NCBI GenBank assembly: GCA_036397065.1
Contig: DASWJP010000099.1
Location: 12,553-76,552, forward strand
DNA: 64,000 bases
Origin: Kiloniellales bacterium
GTDB taxonomy: Bacteria; Pseudomonadota; Alphaproteobacteria; Kiloniellales; J153
Direction: 5' to 3'
Shown here: piece after piece, positions 39,694-49,100 of the stretch
Layout: every line of letters starts with the position of its first letter
Position numbering within the stretch: position 1 is the first letter of the stretch
Notes under the pieces: model-generated
Databases searched by the model: none
Told to the model about the DNA's origin: nothing
What the model saw: the letters and a program-made list of their open reading frames with translations, nothing else
Program-made: the position numbers and the translations under genes

Positions 39694-40962
39694 ATGGCCC
39701 AGCTAAGCGACGACTGCTTCGCCTTCGGCGGCAGCCTGATGCGGACCGACGAGGCACTAGCCCTGCTGGCGCAAACCGTCGTCCGTGTCACAGAGACGGA
39801 GCCGGTGCCGCTCAGTGCGGCGTTGAGCCGCATCCTCGCCGAAGATGTGATCTCGCCGCATGACGTGCCGCCCCATGACAATGCCGCGGTGGATGGCTAC
39901 GCCGTTTTCTTCGACGATCTGGACCCGGCCGGGGAGACCACCCTGCCCGTCGTCGGCCGCGCCACCGCCGGCCATCCGCTGACTCAGCCGGCCCCCCGGG
40001 GGGCCGCCGTGCGCGTCTTCACCGGTGCCCGCATGCCCGAGGGGCCGGATGCGGTGATGATGCAGGAGGATTGCCGCCTCGATGGGGATGGAGATGGTGA
40101 GCGGGTCGTTCTGCAACCGGGATTGAAGCGCGGAGCCAATTGGCGCAAGCGGGGCGAGGACATCACCGCCGGCGCCACGGTCCTGCACCAGGGCGCCCGT
40201 TTGCGCCCCCAGGATATCGGCCAGGCCGCCGCCACCGGGCGGCGAGAGCTTCTGGTTTCGCGGCCCCTGCGTGTCGCCCTGTTTTCCACGGGCGACGAGT
40301 TGCGCCAGCCGGGCGAGCCGTTGCCGCCGGGGGGCATCTACGATTCCAATCGCTACACCTTGATGGCCCTGCTCGGCGGGCTTGGCTGCGCGGTGAACGA
40401 TCTGGGCATCGTGCCCGACCGGGCGGACGTGCTGCGCCAGGCGTTGACGGATGCCGCCGCGGCCCATGACCTGATCGTGACCTCCGGCGGTGTCTCGGTC
40501 GGCGAGGAAGATCACGTCAAGGGCGCCGTCGAGGCCCTCGGCCGCCTGCATGTCTGGCGCCTGGCGATCCGCCCCGGCCGGCCCCTGGCGCTGGGCCAGA
40601 TCGGCCGCGTGCCGTTCGTCGGGCTTCCGGGCAACCCGGTGGCGGTCATGGTAACCGCCTTGATGATCCTGCGGCCGATGATCCTGCGCCTCATGGGGGC
40701 CGCGATCCTGCCGCCACCCCGCTTTCGCGTTCCCGCCGGCTTTGCCTACGACAAGAAGAAGAACCGCCGGGAATGGCTGCGAGCCCGCCTGGAAGGCGAC
40801 GATGCGACCGGCCGGCGGGCGGTCAAGTACGCCCGCGACGGCGCCGGTATCCTTTCCTCCCTGGTCTATGCCGAAGGCCTGGTCGAGCTGCCCGAGGACT
40901 TGACCCGGGTGGAGCCCGGGACCATGGTCGATTTTCTGCCGTTCAGCGGGATCTGCCCATGA
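39694..40962 (+). CDS. moeA: Molybdopterin molybdenumtransferase
   Basis: VSVGEEDHVK and GLPGNPVAVMVT motifs. This is the 3' part of ORF 39580..40962. Confidence 0.9.
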   Translation: MAQLSDDCFAFGGSLMRTDEALALLAQTVVRVTETEPVPLSAALSRILAEDVISPHDVPPHDNAAVDGYAVFFDDLDPAGETTLPVVGRATAGHPLTQPAPRGAAVRVFTGARMPEGPDAVMMQEDCRLDGDGDGERVVLQPGLKRGANWRKRGEDITAGATVLHQGARLRPQDIGQAAATGRRELLVSRPLRVALFSTGDELRQPGEPLPPGGIYDSNRYTLMALLGGLGCAVNDLGIVPDRADVLRQALTDAAAAHDLIVTSGGVSVGEEDHVKGAVEALGRLHVWRLAIRPGRPLALGQIGRVPFVGLPGNPVAVMVTALMILRPMILRLMGAAILPPPRFRVPAGFAYDKKKNRREWLRARLEGDDATGRRAVKYARDGAGILSSLVYAEGLVELPEDLTRVEPGTMVDFLPFSGICP

Positions 40963-41210
40963 AGCTGCTCTATTTTGCCTGGCTGAAAGCCAAGACCGGC
41001 GTTGCCGAGGAGGAGCTGACGCCGCCGCCCGAGGTGGCCACCGTGGCCGACCTTCTGGCCTGGCTGGCGACCCGCGGGCCCGGCCATGCCGCGGCCCTGG
41101 CTGATCTTTCCGCCCTGCGCGTGGCGGTCAATCAGGAGTATGCTAAGCCCGGCGATCCGGTCCGGCCGGGCGACGAGGTGGCCCTGTTCCCGCCGGTCAC
41201 CGGCGGCTAA
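40959..41210 (+). CDS. moaD: Molybdopterin synthase sulfur-carrier subunit
   Basis: 83 aa ending FPPVTGG. Its ATG overlaps the moeA stop (ATGA). Confidence 0.85.
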   Translation: MKLLYFAWLKAKTGVAEEELTPPPEVATVADLLAWLATRGPGHAAALADLSALRVAVNQEYAKPGDPVRPGDEVALFPPVTGG

Positions 41211-41221
41211 AGGACGAGCCC

Positions 41222-41704
41222 ATGATCCGGGTGCAGCAAGAGGATTTCGACGTCGGCGCCGAAGTGGCTGCGTTGAGCGCCGGCAATCATGCGGTCGGCG
41301 GGGTGGCCGTCTTCATCGGCGTGGTCCGCGACATGGCCGGCGACGAGGCCATCGGCGCCATGACCCTGGAGCACTATCCGGGCATGACAGAGCGCATGCT
41401 GAACAGCATCGAGGCCGAGGCCAGAGAGCGCTGGCCCCTGGAAGCCAGCCTGATCATCCACCGATTTGGCCGGCTGCAACCGGGCGAGCGCATCGTCCTG
41501 GTGGCCACCGCCAGTGCCCATCGCCATGCTGCCTTCGAGGCCTGCGAATTTCTGGTCGACTGGCTGAAGACCAAGGCACCGTTCTGGAAGCTGGAAGAAA
41601 CCGCCGCCGGGGCCAAGTGGGTCGAAGCCCGGAGCAGCGACGACCAGGCCGCCGCCCGCTGGCATACCGGGTCCAAGCCCGACGCATCCGACGCGGCGGA
41701 GTAA
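41222..41704 (+). CDS. moaE: Molybdopterin synthase catalytic subunit
   Basis: MoaE-like sequence (LEHYPGMTERML, FWKLEE) immediately after moaD. Confidence 0.9.
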   Translation: MIRVQQEDFDVGAEVAALSAGNHAVGGVAVFIGVVRDMAGDEAIGAMTLEHYPGMTERMLNSIEAEARERWPLEASLIIHRFGRLQPGERIVLVATASAHRHAAFEACEFLVDWLKTKAPFWKLEETAAGAKWVEARSSDDQAAARWHTGSKPDASDAAE

Positions 41705-41712
41705 TCCTCGGG

Positions 41713-42120
41713 CTAGCTTTGCGGTGGCGCCCCGCCGTGGCGTGGCAGATCGTCGCCGAAATCCAGCCAGGCGATCTGGCTGTCCGTATAGATGTGAGAG
41801 CGGGGCGGCAGGGCGGCCGGATCGTCCAGGGTGGCCACGTTAATGCTCACCCCCGTGGGATTGCTCGTCTCCCGGTACAGAATTTGCGCGCCGCAGGTGC
41901 CGCAAAAATGCCGCTCGCCCCAGGCCGAGGATGCGTAGACAACCGCCTGGCCCTTGAGCATGGCGAAACCATCCACCGGGACCAGGGCCCAGGCGGCCAC
42001 CGGCGAGCCGGTGGTCTGCTGACAGATGCGGCAGTGGCAATAGCCGGTATCGCTGGGCGCGATGCTGACCCGGTAGCGCAGCGCCCCGCAATGACAGCCG
42101 CCCTCGAGTGGCATATCCAT
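41713..42120 (-). CDS. GFA-family (CENP-V/glutathione-dependent formaldehyde-activating-like) zinc protein
   Basis: Cys ligand pattern GGCHCGALRY, CHCRICQQ and FCGTCG; 135 aa. This is the 3' part of ORF 41713..42744. Confidence 0.85.
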   Translation of the reverse strand: MDMPLEGGCHCGALRYRVSIAPSDTGYCHCRICQQTTGSPVAAWALVPVDGFAMLKGQAVVYASSAWGERHFCGTCGAQILYRETSNPTGVSINVATLDDPAALPPRSHIYTDSQIAWLDFGDDLPRHGGAPPQS

Positions 42121-42143
42121 GCCAAATCCGTACCGCGCCGGAC

Positions 42144-43046
42144 CTACGCGGCGCTGGCCTTGGTTGCCCGTTTCTGACCGCGCACCAATTCGCCGTAAGC
42201 GGTCATCAGATCTTTGGTGATCTTGCCGACGGTGAACTTGTAGGTATCGATTTCGCCGACGGGCGTAACTTCCGCCGCCGTGCCGGTGAGGAACACCTCG
42301 CTGGTTTTGCCCAGCTCGTCCGGCATGATGGCCCGCTCGATCACCTCGATGCCCATCTCGCGGGCCAAGGCGATGACCGTGCGCCGGGTGATGCCGTCCA
42401 GGAAGCAGTCCGGTATCGGCGTGTGAATCTTGCCGTCCTGCACCAGGAACACATTGGCCCCGGTGGCCTCGGCGATGCGGCCCCGGTAATCCAGCATCAG
42501 CGCGTCCTGGCAGCCCTTGGCCTCGGCGGCGTGCTTGGACAGGGTGCAGATCATGTACAACCCGGCGGCCTTCGACTGGGTCGGGGCCGTATCCGGCGCC
42601 GGCCGCCGCCACGGGGCGAACATCATGCGGATGCCTTTGGCGCGTAGCTCGGGGGCGAAATAGGCCGGCCAGTCCCAGGCGGCAATGGCCACATGGATGG
42701 CCGACTTTTGCGCCGAAACGCCCATCATCTCGCTGCCGCGCCAAGCCACCGGGCGGAGATAGCCATCGACGATCTTGTTGACGCGCAACACCTCCGCCGC
42801 CGCGGCGTCAATGGCGGCGACCGGATAAGGCAGCTCGAAACCCAGGATAATCGCCGAATCGTGTAGGCGCTGGTGGTGTTCGGTCATCTTGAAGATGATG
42901 CCGTTATAGGCACGCTCGCCCTCGAACACACAACTCGCGTAATGTAGCCCGTGCGTGAGGACATGGACCTTGGCGTCGCGCCAGGGTACCAACTTGCCAT
43001 CGAACCAGATCACGCCGTCACGGTCGTCGAAAGGTAGTAAGCTCAT
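42144..43046 (-). CDS. ilvE: Branched-chain amino acid aminotransferase
   Basis: IWFDGKLVPWRDAKVHVLTHGLHYASCVFEGERAY and fold-type IV PLP enzyme features. ATG at 43046. Confidence 0.9.
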   Translation of the reverse strand: MSLLPFDDRDGVIWFDGKLVPWRDAKVHVLTHGLHYASCVFEGERAYNGIIFKMTEHHQRLHDSAIILGFELPYPVAAIDAAAAEVLRVNKIVDGYLRPVAWRGSEMMGVSAQKSAIHVAIAAWDWPAYFAPELRAKGIRMMFAPWRRPAPDTAPTQSKAAGLYMICTLSKHAAEAKGCQDALMLDYRGRIAEATGANVFLVQDGKIHTPIPDCFLDGITRRTVIALAREMGIEVIERAIMPDELGKTSEVFLTGTAAEVTPVGEIDTYKFTVGKITKDLMTAYGELVRGQKRATKASAA

Positions 43047-43159
43047 GGCCTGTCCCGCCTTGCAGTTGCGCACCAAATCCCCACAGAATGGGGCAATATT
43101 GTTACTTTCTATCAATTGTCGCCTTCACTATGTAACATCACTTCGCAATATAAGTCAAC

Positions 43160-43696
43160 ATGGCTGACATAAAATCCGGACCAAACCCCCTTTTCCTGCG
43201 CGAGGAAGAGCTGCGCCAGGCCATCGAGCTGCTGTTTTTCGCCTACCGCGACTTCACCTCCGAGCCGGATCAGATCCTGGCCTCCTACCGCTTTGGCCGG
43301 GCCCATCACCGGGTCATCTATTTCGTCGGCCGGCATCCGGCCATCACCGTGAGCGAGCTGCTGCAGATCCTGGGCATCACCAAGCAGAGCCTGTCCCGGG
43401 TCCTGGGTCAATTGGTGGCCGAAGGATTCATCCGCCAGCGTCCGGGACAAAAGGACCGGCGCCGGCGCCTGCTGGAGTTGACGGACAAGGGGGCCGCCTT
43501 GGAGCGGCAACTGACCGAGACCCAGCGAAACCGTCTTTCCACCGCCTTTCGAGATGCCGGCGCCGAGGCGGTGGAAGGCTTCCGCAGGGTGCTGGTCAAC
43601 GTCATGGACCAGGGCAACCGCGCCCGTTTCTCTCCGCGCGAGCCAGTTGCCGAACCGGCGGGCGCCAAGGTCAAACCCGCCACCGGCCGCCGCTAG
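43160..43696 (+). CDS. MarR-family transcriptional regulator
   Basis: Winged HTH VGRHPAITVSELLQILGITKQSLSRVLGQLVAEGFI. Confidence 0.85.
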   Translation: MADIKSGPNPLFLREEELRQAIELLFFAYRDFTSEPDQILASYRFGRAHHRVIYFVGRHPAITVSELLQILGITKQSLSRVLGQLVAEGFIRQRPGQKDRRRRLLELTDKGAALERQLTETQRNRLSTAFRDAGAEAVEGFRRVLVNVMDQGNRARFSPREPVAEPAGAKVKPATGRR

Positions 43697-43729
43697 GCGG
43701 CACCGGCGCGCCACCGTATACTGCCGGCG

Positions 43730-44416
43730 ATGACCTCCGATGCCCCGCACATTCTCGTCATCGACGACGACACGCGCCTGCGCGATCTGCTGCAGCAATT
43801 CCTGTGCGAGCAAGGATACCGCGTCACCACCGCCACCGATGCGGGCAACGCGCGCAGCCATCTTGCCTCCATGGATTTCGACCTGCTGGTCCTCGATATC
43901 ATGATGCCGGGCGAATCGGGGCTCGAACTGACCCGGTGGTTGCGCGAAAAGGGACGTGCCCCAGTCCTGCTGCTCACCGCCATGGGCGACACGGAGCACC
44001 GCATCGCCGGACTGGAAAGCGGCGCCGACGACTACCTGGCCAAGCCCTTCGATCCGCGCGAGCTGGTGCTGCGCATCAACGCCATCCTGCGGCGGGCACA
44101 GGAACCGCCGGAAGCCGCCGCGCACCTGGTCAACTTCGGCGCCTTTTGCTTCGACTTGAACCGCGACGAGCTGCGCAAGGGCGACGAGTTCGTCCGCCTG
44201 ACCGCCGCCGAGGCATCCCTGCTCAAGACTTTGGCCCGGCAGCCGGGGATGGCGGTCAGCCGCGATCGATTGACGGCGGAAAATCCGCTGATGGGAAATC
44301 CGCGCGCCATCGATGTTCAGGTCACCCGACTGCGCCGCAAGATCGAACAGAATCCGAAATTTCCCCGTTATCTGCAAGCCGTGCGCGGCGTCGGCTATGT
44401 GCTGATGGCGGATTGA
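43730..44416 (+). CDS. OmpR-family two-component response regulator
   Basis: ILVIDDD, DLLVLDIMMPGESG, YLAKPFDPRELV and winged helix IDVQVTRLRRKIE. Confidence 0.9.
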   Translation: MTSDAPHILVIDDDTRLRDLLQQFLCEQGYRVTTATDAGNARSHLASMDFDLLVLDIMMPGESGLELTRWLREKGRAPVLLLTAMGDTEHRIAGLESGADDYLAKPFDPRELVLRINAILRRAQEPPEAAAHLVNFGAFCFDLNRDELRKGDEFVRLTAAEASLLKTLARQPGMAVSRDRLTAENPLMGNPRAIDVQVTRLRRKIEQNPKFPRYLQAVRGVGYVLMAD

Positions 44417-44417
44417 T

Positions 44418-45776
44418 ATGGCCCGCACAGCCGCACCGCCCACGGCCAAACCGTCCATGCTGAAACGCTTTCTGCCGCGCACCCTGCTTGGCCGGTCGCT
44501 GCTGATCATCGTTTCGCCGCTGGTACTGTTGCAGGTCATTTCGACCTGGGTGTTCTTCGACCGGCACTACGACACCACCACCAAGCGTCTGGCCCAGGGC
44601 CTGGCCGGCGATATTTCCGCGGTGGTGCAATTGCTGGAGCGCGAGCCGAGCGACGTCGGCCGCCTGCAGACATTCCGTCTGGCGGGCAACACCATGTCTC
44701 TGACGCTCAGCTTCGGCGAAGGCGGCCGGCTGCAGACCAACACCACGCGCGCTTCCCTGAATATTTTCACCAACATCCTGGACCGCAAGCTGACCCAGGC
44801 GCTGGACGACTTCGTCCGCCGGCCGTTCCTGATCGACACGCGATCGCTGGAGGACGATGTCGAGATCCAGGTGCAGCTTGCCGACGGCGTGTTGCGGGTG
44901 ATTGCCCCGCGCTCGCGCCTGTTCAGTCCGACCTCCTATATTTTCATCATGTGGATGGTGGGCAGTTCCATCGTGCTGTTTGGCGTCGCCGTCATGTTCA
45001 TGCGCAACCAGGTCAAGCCCCTGCGCCGTTTGGCACAGGCCGCTGAAAGCTTTGGCAAGGGGCGCGACGTTGCCGACTTCAAACCGGAAGGCGCGACGGA
45101 AATACGCCAGGCGGCGACGGCTTTCCTGCGCATGCGCGATCGCATCAAGCGGCAGATCGACCAGCGCACCGAGTTTCTGGCTGGGGTCAGCCATGATCTG
45201 CGCACACCGTTGACCCGCATGAAATTGCAGTTGGCCCTGCTGCGCGATGTGCGGGAAGCCAAGGATCTCGAATCCGACGTTTCGGAAATGGAACGCATGG
45301 TTGAGGGTTACCTGGCCTTCGCCCGCGGCGAGGGCGCCGAACAGATGCAGCCGACCGACATGGCCGCCCTGCTGCGCGATGTGGTGTCGCAAACCCGGCG
45401 CGATGGGGTGGTCATCGATCTGCACGTGGAGGACGCTACGACCCTGCCGCTGCGCCGCGAGGCCATGCGCCGATGCCTGACCAATTTGATCGGCAACGCC
45501 GGCCGGCATGGCACGCACGTAGCGGTGCGCGCCGGGCGGCGGCGGCGGGCGGTCGAGATCACTGTCGATGACGATGGCCCGGGCATTCCGCCGGACCGGC
45601 GCGAGGATGTGTTCCGCCCGTTCTTCCGTCTCGAGCAGTCGCGAAACCCGGCCACCGGCGGCGTCGGCCTGGGCCTGAGCATCGCCCGCGACGTGGTGCG
45701 CAACCACGGCGGCGAACTGATCCTGGAAGATGCCCCCGGCGGCGGCCTGCGGGCGCGCGTATGGCTGCCGTTTTAG
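44418..45776 (+). CDS. EnvZ-like sensor histidine kinase
   Basis: Two TM segments, HAMP region, H-box SHDLRTPLTRM and G2 box GVGLGLSIARDVV. Confidence 0.9.
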   Translation: MARTAAPPTAKPSMLKRFLPRTLLGRSLLIIVSPLVLLQVISTWVFFDRHYDTTTKRLAQGLAGDISAVVQLLEREPSDVGRLQTFRLAGNTMSLTLSFGEGGRLQTNTTRASLNIFTNILDRKLTQALDDFVRRPFLIDTRSLEDDVEIQVQLADGVLRVIAPRSRLFSPTSYIFIMWMVGSSIVLFGVAVMFMRNQVKPLRRLAQAAESFGKGRDVADFKPEGATEIRQAATAFLRMRDRIKRQIDQRTEFLAGVSHDLRTPLTRMKLQLALLRDVREAKDLESDVSEMERMVEGYLAFARGEGAEQMQPTDMAALLRDVVSQTRRDGVVIDLHVEDATTLPLRREAMRRCLTNLIGNAGRHGTHVAVRAGRRRRAVEITVDDDGPGIPPDRREDVFRPFFRLEQSRNPATGGVGLGLSIARDVVRNHGGELILEDAPGGGLRARVWLPF

Positions 45777-45884
45777 GGTGTTGACGGGCGATCCTTGACG
45801 CCGTCTTTTCTGGCGCCCGTTTTCATCTCCACCAGATTTATTTTCGCGACCAGGCTTTTCCTGCGGGAATGACCGGAGCCCCGA

Positions 45885-46045
45885 GGTTCTATTCTATTCG
45901 GCGCTAAGTTATTATGTAGAAAAAGTTAACCATATTCATTAATAATAACGTGCGAATTATAATAAATATCGATTTATATTTCAATCTATTATCGAATCTG
46001 AATCACAACTATAGTTTACATACGATACGTGATTGGCAAGCTTCA
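45885..46045. other. AT-rich intergenic island 2
   Basis: Hand count gives 38 G+C in 140 nt over 45901-46040 (about 27%). Contains two adjacent GANTC sites (GAATCTGAATC, about 45993-46003). Confidence 0.6.
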
Positions 46046-46109
46046 GTGAATCTTAGCCCGCCATTGGCAATGTGTGCGTTCCTGCGCGGATCAGGCGAGT
46101 ACTGGACCC

Positions 46110-46334
46110 ATGGGCCAAGGACAAACGGACGACCGTTGGATCATCGAAGACGCCGGCGAGGCGATCGGCATGATCGTGCGCGACGAGGCCGGCTATGTGT
46201 TCCACGCGGCGGCGTCCGATGTATGGTCCCTGGACCGGCATGTCTTCCCCGACGTGCATTCGGCGCGGCATGCGGCTATGGATCTGCTGCGGATCCGGCG
46301 CCGCCCGCCCCCCAGCAAAGTCGCCCGCCGTTAG
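46110..46334 (+). CDS. Small hypothetical protein (74 aa)
   Basis: G/C-rich third positions throughout (…WIIEDAGEAIGMIVRDEAGYVFHAAASDVWSLDRHVFPDVHSARHAAMDLL…). ORF track 46074..46334. No family recognised. Confidence 0.5.
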   Translation: MGQGQTDDRWIIEDAGEAIGMIVRDEAGYVFHAAASDVWSLDRHVFPDVHSARHAAMDLLRIRRRPPPSKVARR

Positions 46335-46417
46335 CCTCCCGGCGACGGCCATGCGACAGCCGGCCATTGGTCATGCTACATACACTGGATAACCCGCGCA
46401 CAGCCCGAACCGCCCGC

Positions 46418-47275
46418 ATGAATCCTGCTCTCGCCCTCACCGACGATCCGCTCCGGGACTATCACGAGCTTGGCTATGCGGTGGTCAGGGGGGTATTCGA
46501 CGCCGCCGAGGTGCGGGAGATGGCGGCGGCCTTCGACCGGGTGCACGCCCAGGCCCTTGCCCACCCGGGGAGCTTTCGCCATCAGAATGTCTTCTTTCGC
46601 CTCGCCCAGGACCGCGCCCTCGGCCGCATCGTGCGCTTTGCCCAGTGGCCGTCCTACTTCGACGAGGTGCTGGCCCGCTACCGCACCGACCCGCGCCTGC
46701 TGGCGATCGTGGCGCCGTTGATCGGTGTGGATCTGAAGCAGATCATCAATCAGATGCACTGGAAGCCGCCGGGGGCTGAAAAAGCCGAGTTCGGCTATCA
46801 CCAGGATATCCGCTTCCGCCGTCCCCGCTCCGCCTTCCGGGAGCCGGCGCAGTGGTACGTGCAAACCGCCATCGCCATCGATGCGCACCGGCGCGAGAAC
46901 GGCGCCATGACCTTGTATCCGGGCAGCCACAAGCTCGGCGAGCTGGCCTTTCCCGAAGGCGGCCGCATCATGGATCAGGCCCAGAGCGATGCCGATCTGT
47001 TGGCTGTGGACCTGGATCCGGGCCAGCTTGTGGATCTGGAGCTGGAGCCCGGCGATGTCGCGTTCTGGAACCTGCACACGGTGCATGGCTCCGGCCCCAA
47101 CACATCGTCCATCGACCGCCGAGTGTATCTTAACGGCTACATCCGGGCCGATGCGTGCGACCGGGGCGAATGGGCCTTTCGCGGCGGCCAGCCGTGCCCG
47201 TTGGGCACCCCGGTGCTGGTCCATTACGAGGACCTGTTCACCCGGCCCGAGCCGCATTACCCGGACAATCTCTAG
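46418..47275 (+). CDS. Phytanoyl-CoA dioxygenase (PhyH) family oxygenase, second copy
   Basis: HxD FGYHQDIRF and distal His HTVHGSGPN. This is the 3' part of ORF 45950..47275. Alternative ATG at 46373. Confidence 0.8.
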   Translation: MNPALALTDDPLRDYHELGYAVVRGVFDAAEVREMAAAFDRVHAQALAHPGSFRHQNVFFRLAQDRALGRIVRFAQWPSYFDEVLARYRTDPRLLAIVAPLIGVDLKQIINQMHWKPPGAEKAEFGYHQDIRFRRPRSAFREPAQWYVQTAIAIDAHRRENGAMTLYPGSHKLGELAFPEGGRIMDQAQSDADLLAVDLDPGQLVDLELEPGDVAFWNLHTVHGSGPNTSSIDRRVYLNGYIRADACDRGEWAFRGGQPCPLGTPVLVHYEDLFTRPEPHYPDNL

Positions 47276-47622
47276 AACAGCCGGCCGCCGTTGGGGACCG
47301 GGCGTTCCGGACCGATCAGCACCACCTCGCCCTGGGCATCGGGAAATCCGAGCACCAGAACTTCCGACAGGAACGGGCCGATCTGCTTGGCCGCGAAGTT
47401 GACCACGGCGGCTACTTGCCGGCCGGTCAGGGTATCCGGTTGGTAGTGCGCGGTCAGTTGCGCCGAAGACTTCTTGACCCCGATGGCATCGCCGAAATCC
47501 ACCCACAGCTTGTAGGCGGGCTTGCGGGCCTCCGGAAACGGTTCGGCGCGGATGACCGTGCCGACACGAATATCAACCTTATGGAAATCACGGAATTCGA
47601 TGGGGGTGGACGTCTCGGTCAT
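47272..47622 (-). CDS. csaA: tRNA-binding (EMAP/CsaA-type) domain protein
   Basis: FHKVDIRVGTVIRAEPFPEARKPAYKLWVDFG motif. ATG at 47622. Confidence 0.85.
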   Translation of the reverse strand: MTETSTPIEFRDFHKVDIRVGTVIRAEPFPEARKPAYKLWVDFGDAIGVKKSSAQLTAHYQPDTLTGRQVAAVVNFAAKQIGPFLSEVLVLGFPDAQGEVVLIGPERPVPNGGRLF

Positions 47623-47738
47623 CGGGCGCGGCTGCCTCTTCCGGTGTGGGCCAAGCAAAGGGCGCGCACCGTAGCACAGAATCGACCACCCGGAATCGAC
47701 AAGGGACCGCCCTTCGGCAGCCCCTTGCTGTCTTCCGT

Positions 47739-47760
47739 GCCGGTCGATAAATCGACCGGC
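47739..47760 (-). terminator. Hairpin (10-bp arms GCCGGTCGAT/ATCGACCGGC) 17 nt downstream of the phasin stop
   Basis: Perfect inverted repeat read directly. No U-tract on either strand. Confidence 0.35.
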
Positions 47761-47776
47761 CGCCAGTCTCGAAAGC

Positions 47777-48244
47777 TTACTTCGCGCCGTTGACGTGCTT
47801 GAAGGCGCCCTTCAGCTCTTCCAGGCCATCGGTGACCCGATGATTGAACAGCTCAGCCGCCTGGGTGTTCGACTTGGTGCTCATTTCGGCCAGCTCGCGC
47901 ATGTTGGCCAGGCACGACTCGTAAGCCTGCTTCGCCAACTCCGCCTGCTTCGCCAGAGCATCCTCGGGCTTGCCCGGCTTGGACAGATCGCGCACCAGCT
48001 TGGCCGCCTCTTCCGTCGCCTGGCGCAGGATCTCGGCCTGCCGCTGCATGATCGCGCGGGTGCCTTCGAAGGCGATCCGGTTGATCTCGGCGAAGGCTTC
48101 GAAGTTGCGCCGCTGGCTTTCCATCAGGGCACTCGAATCGACGCCCGGCATCTTGAACTGGGCAGCAACCTTGCTGAAATCCATCATGTTGCCGAAGTCG
48201 CCATCCACGAACGGATTGCCGGTCTTCGCTTGGGTCTTGGACAT
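47777..48244 (-). CDS. phaP: Phasin (PHA granule-associated protein)
   Basis: Phasin-family sequence (FDFSKVAAQFKMPGVD…ESQRRNFEAFAEINRIAFEGTRAIMQRQAEIL). Confidence 0.9.
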   Translation of the reverse strand: MSKTQAKTGNPFVDGDFGNMMDFSKVAAQFKMPGVDSSALMESQRRNFEAFAEINRIAFEGTRAIMQRQAEILRQATEEAAKLVRDLSKPGKPEDALAKQAELAKQAYESCLANMRELAEMSTKSNTQAAELFNHRVTDGLEELKGAFKHVNGAK

Positions 48245-48420
48245 TTAACTCTCCTCATCTCTTTCTGGCCGCCGGTCCCGGGCATGTACTCTAACGACTG
48301 CCGGTTAATAGGCGGTTCGCTGACTGGGACCGTTGGGCCTATCTGGGCCGCACTCGCCATGTTGCGATGCACTATGCAGGGCTTATATGGACCTGTCCGT
48401 GATCTGGGTCAAGTTTATTT

Positions 48421-48435
48421 TTGTGCAGTGCACAA
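48421..48435. promoter_or_regulatory. Palindrome TTGTGCA-G-TGCACAA upstream of the phasin gene
   Basis: Read directly. It lies just upstream of a possible minus-strand promoter (TTGACC at 48412-48407, N17, CATATA at 48389-48384). A second TGC-rich element, TGCACTATGCA, lies at 48368-48378. Confidence 0.3.
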
Positions 48436-48463
48436 TTATTTTTTTCCAGAATTCCGGGGCTTT

Positions 48464-49093
48464 TTAGGCAGCCTTCGGGCGAGTATATCGCAATCGCGAG
48501 AGGCACTTGGCCGCCTTATCCAGACGGCCCAGGTGACGATCGAGGGCCGCCATGGTGGGGCCCATGTCCGGGCTTTCGTCGCCCAGCCAGACCCTTAGGG
48601 TCGCCAGATAGGCCGCCCCCAGGGCCTTGATCCGCAAGGCGCCGCGCACCCCGCTGGTCGAGAATCCAGCCACCTCCAGCATGCCGGCCATCGACCGGCC
48701 CAGCCGGGCCAGGCCGCAGGCCGCCGCCAGGGGATCGCGGGCTTGCGCCTCGATCAGGGTGGCGATCGCCTGGCGATAGGGTTGCAGGGCCTCGAACCGG
48801 CGCATCAGGACGTCGAACAGCCTGTCCCGGGCCGGCCCCTCGCGGGCGCCCGGTTCTTCCGCGGCCAGGACCGCCGTGTCGATCCGCCGGAAAAAGGCGC
48901 CAAGGATGGCCTGTTTGGACGGATAGACCGGGTAAACCTTGGCCAAGGGCAGCTTGGCGGCATCGGCGATCTCGGCCAGGGACACATCTCGCCACCGGCC
49001 CTCGGCGGCCAGGCTCATGGCTGATTCGAGGACCGCTGTCGCCACATCGCCAGGCTCGGATCTGGGCTTCTTGGGAGCTGCTTTCTTGGGCAT
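48464..49093 (-). CDS. TetR/AcrR-family transcriptional regulator
   Basis: HTH VSLAEIADAAKLPLAKVYPVYPSKQAIL; 209 aa. Confidence 0.8.
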   Translation of the reverse strand: MPKKAAPKKPRSEPGDVATAVLESAMSLAAEGRWRDVSLAEIADAAKLPLAKVYPVYPSKQAILGAFFRRIDTAVLAAEEPGAREGPARDRLFDVLMRRFEALQPYRQAIATLIEAQARDPLAAACGLARLGRSMAGMLEVAGFSTSGVRGALRIKALGAAYLATLRVWLGDESPDMGPTMAALDRHLGRLDKAAKCLSRLRYTRPKAA

Positions 49094-49100
49094 GACACCT

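Noticed and set aside
45906-45917. 12-mer AAGTTATTATGT (plus GTTAACCA) shared between AT-rich islands 1 (29164-29181) and 2 (45906-45932), considered as evidence of a repeated element or common operator
   Set aside because: With two islands of about 200 bp at about 26% G+C, my rough estimate is that a shared AT-only 12-mer is not far from chance expectation. No longer alignment or terminal inverted repeats were found.
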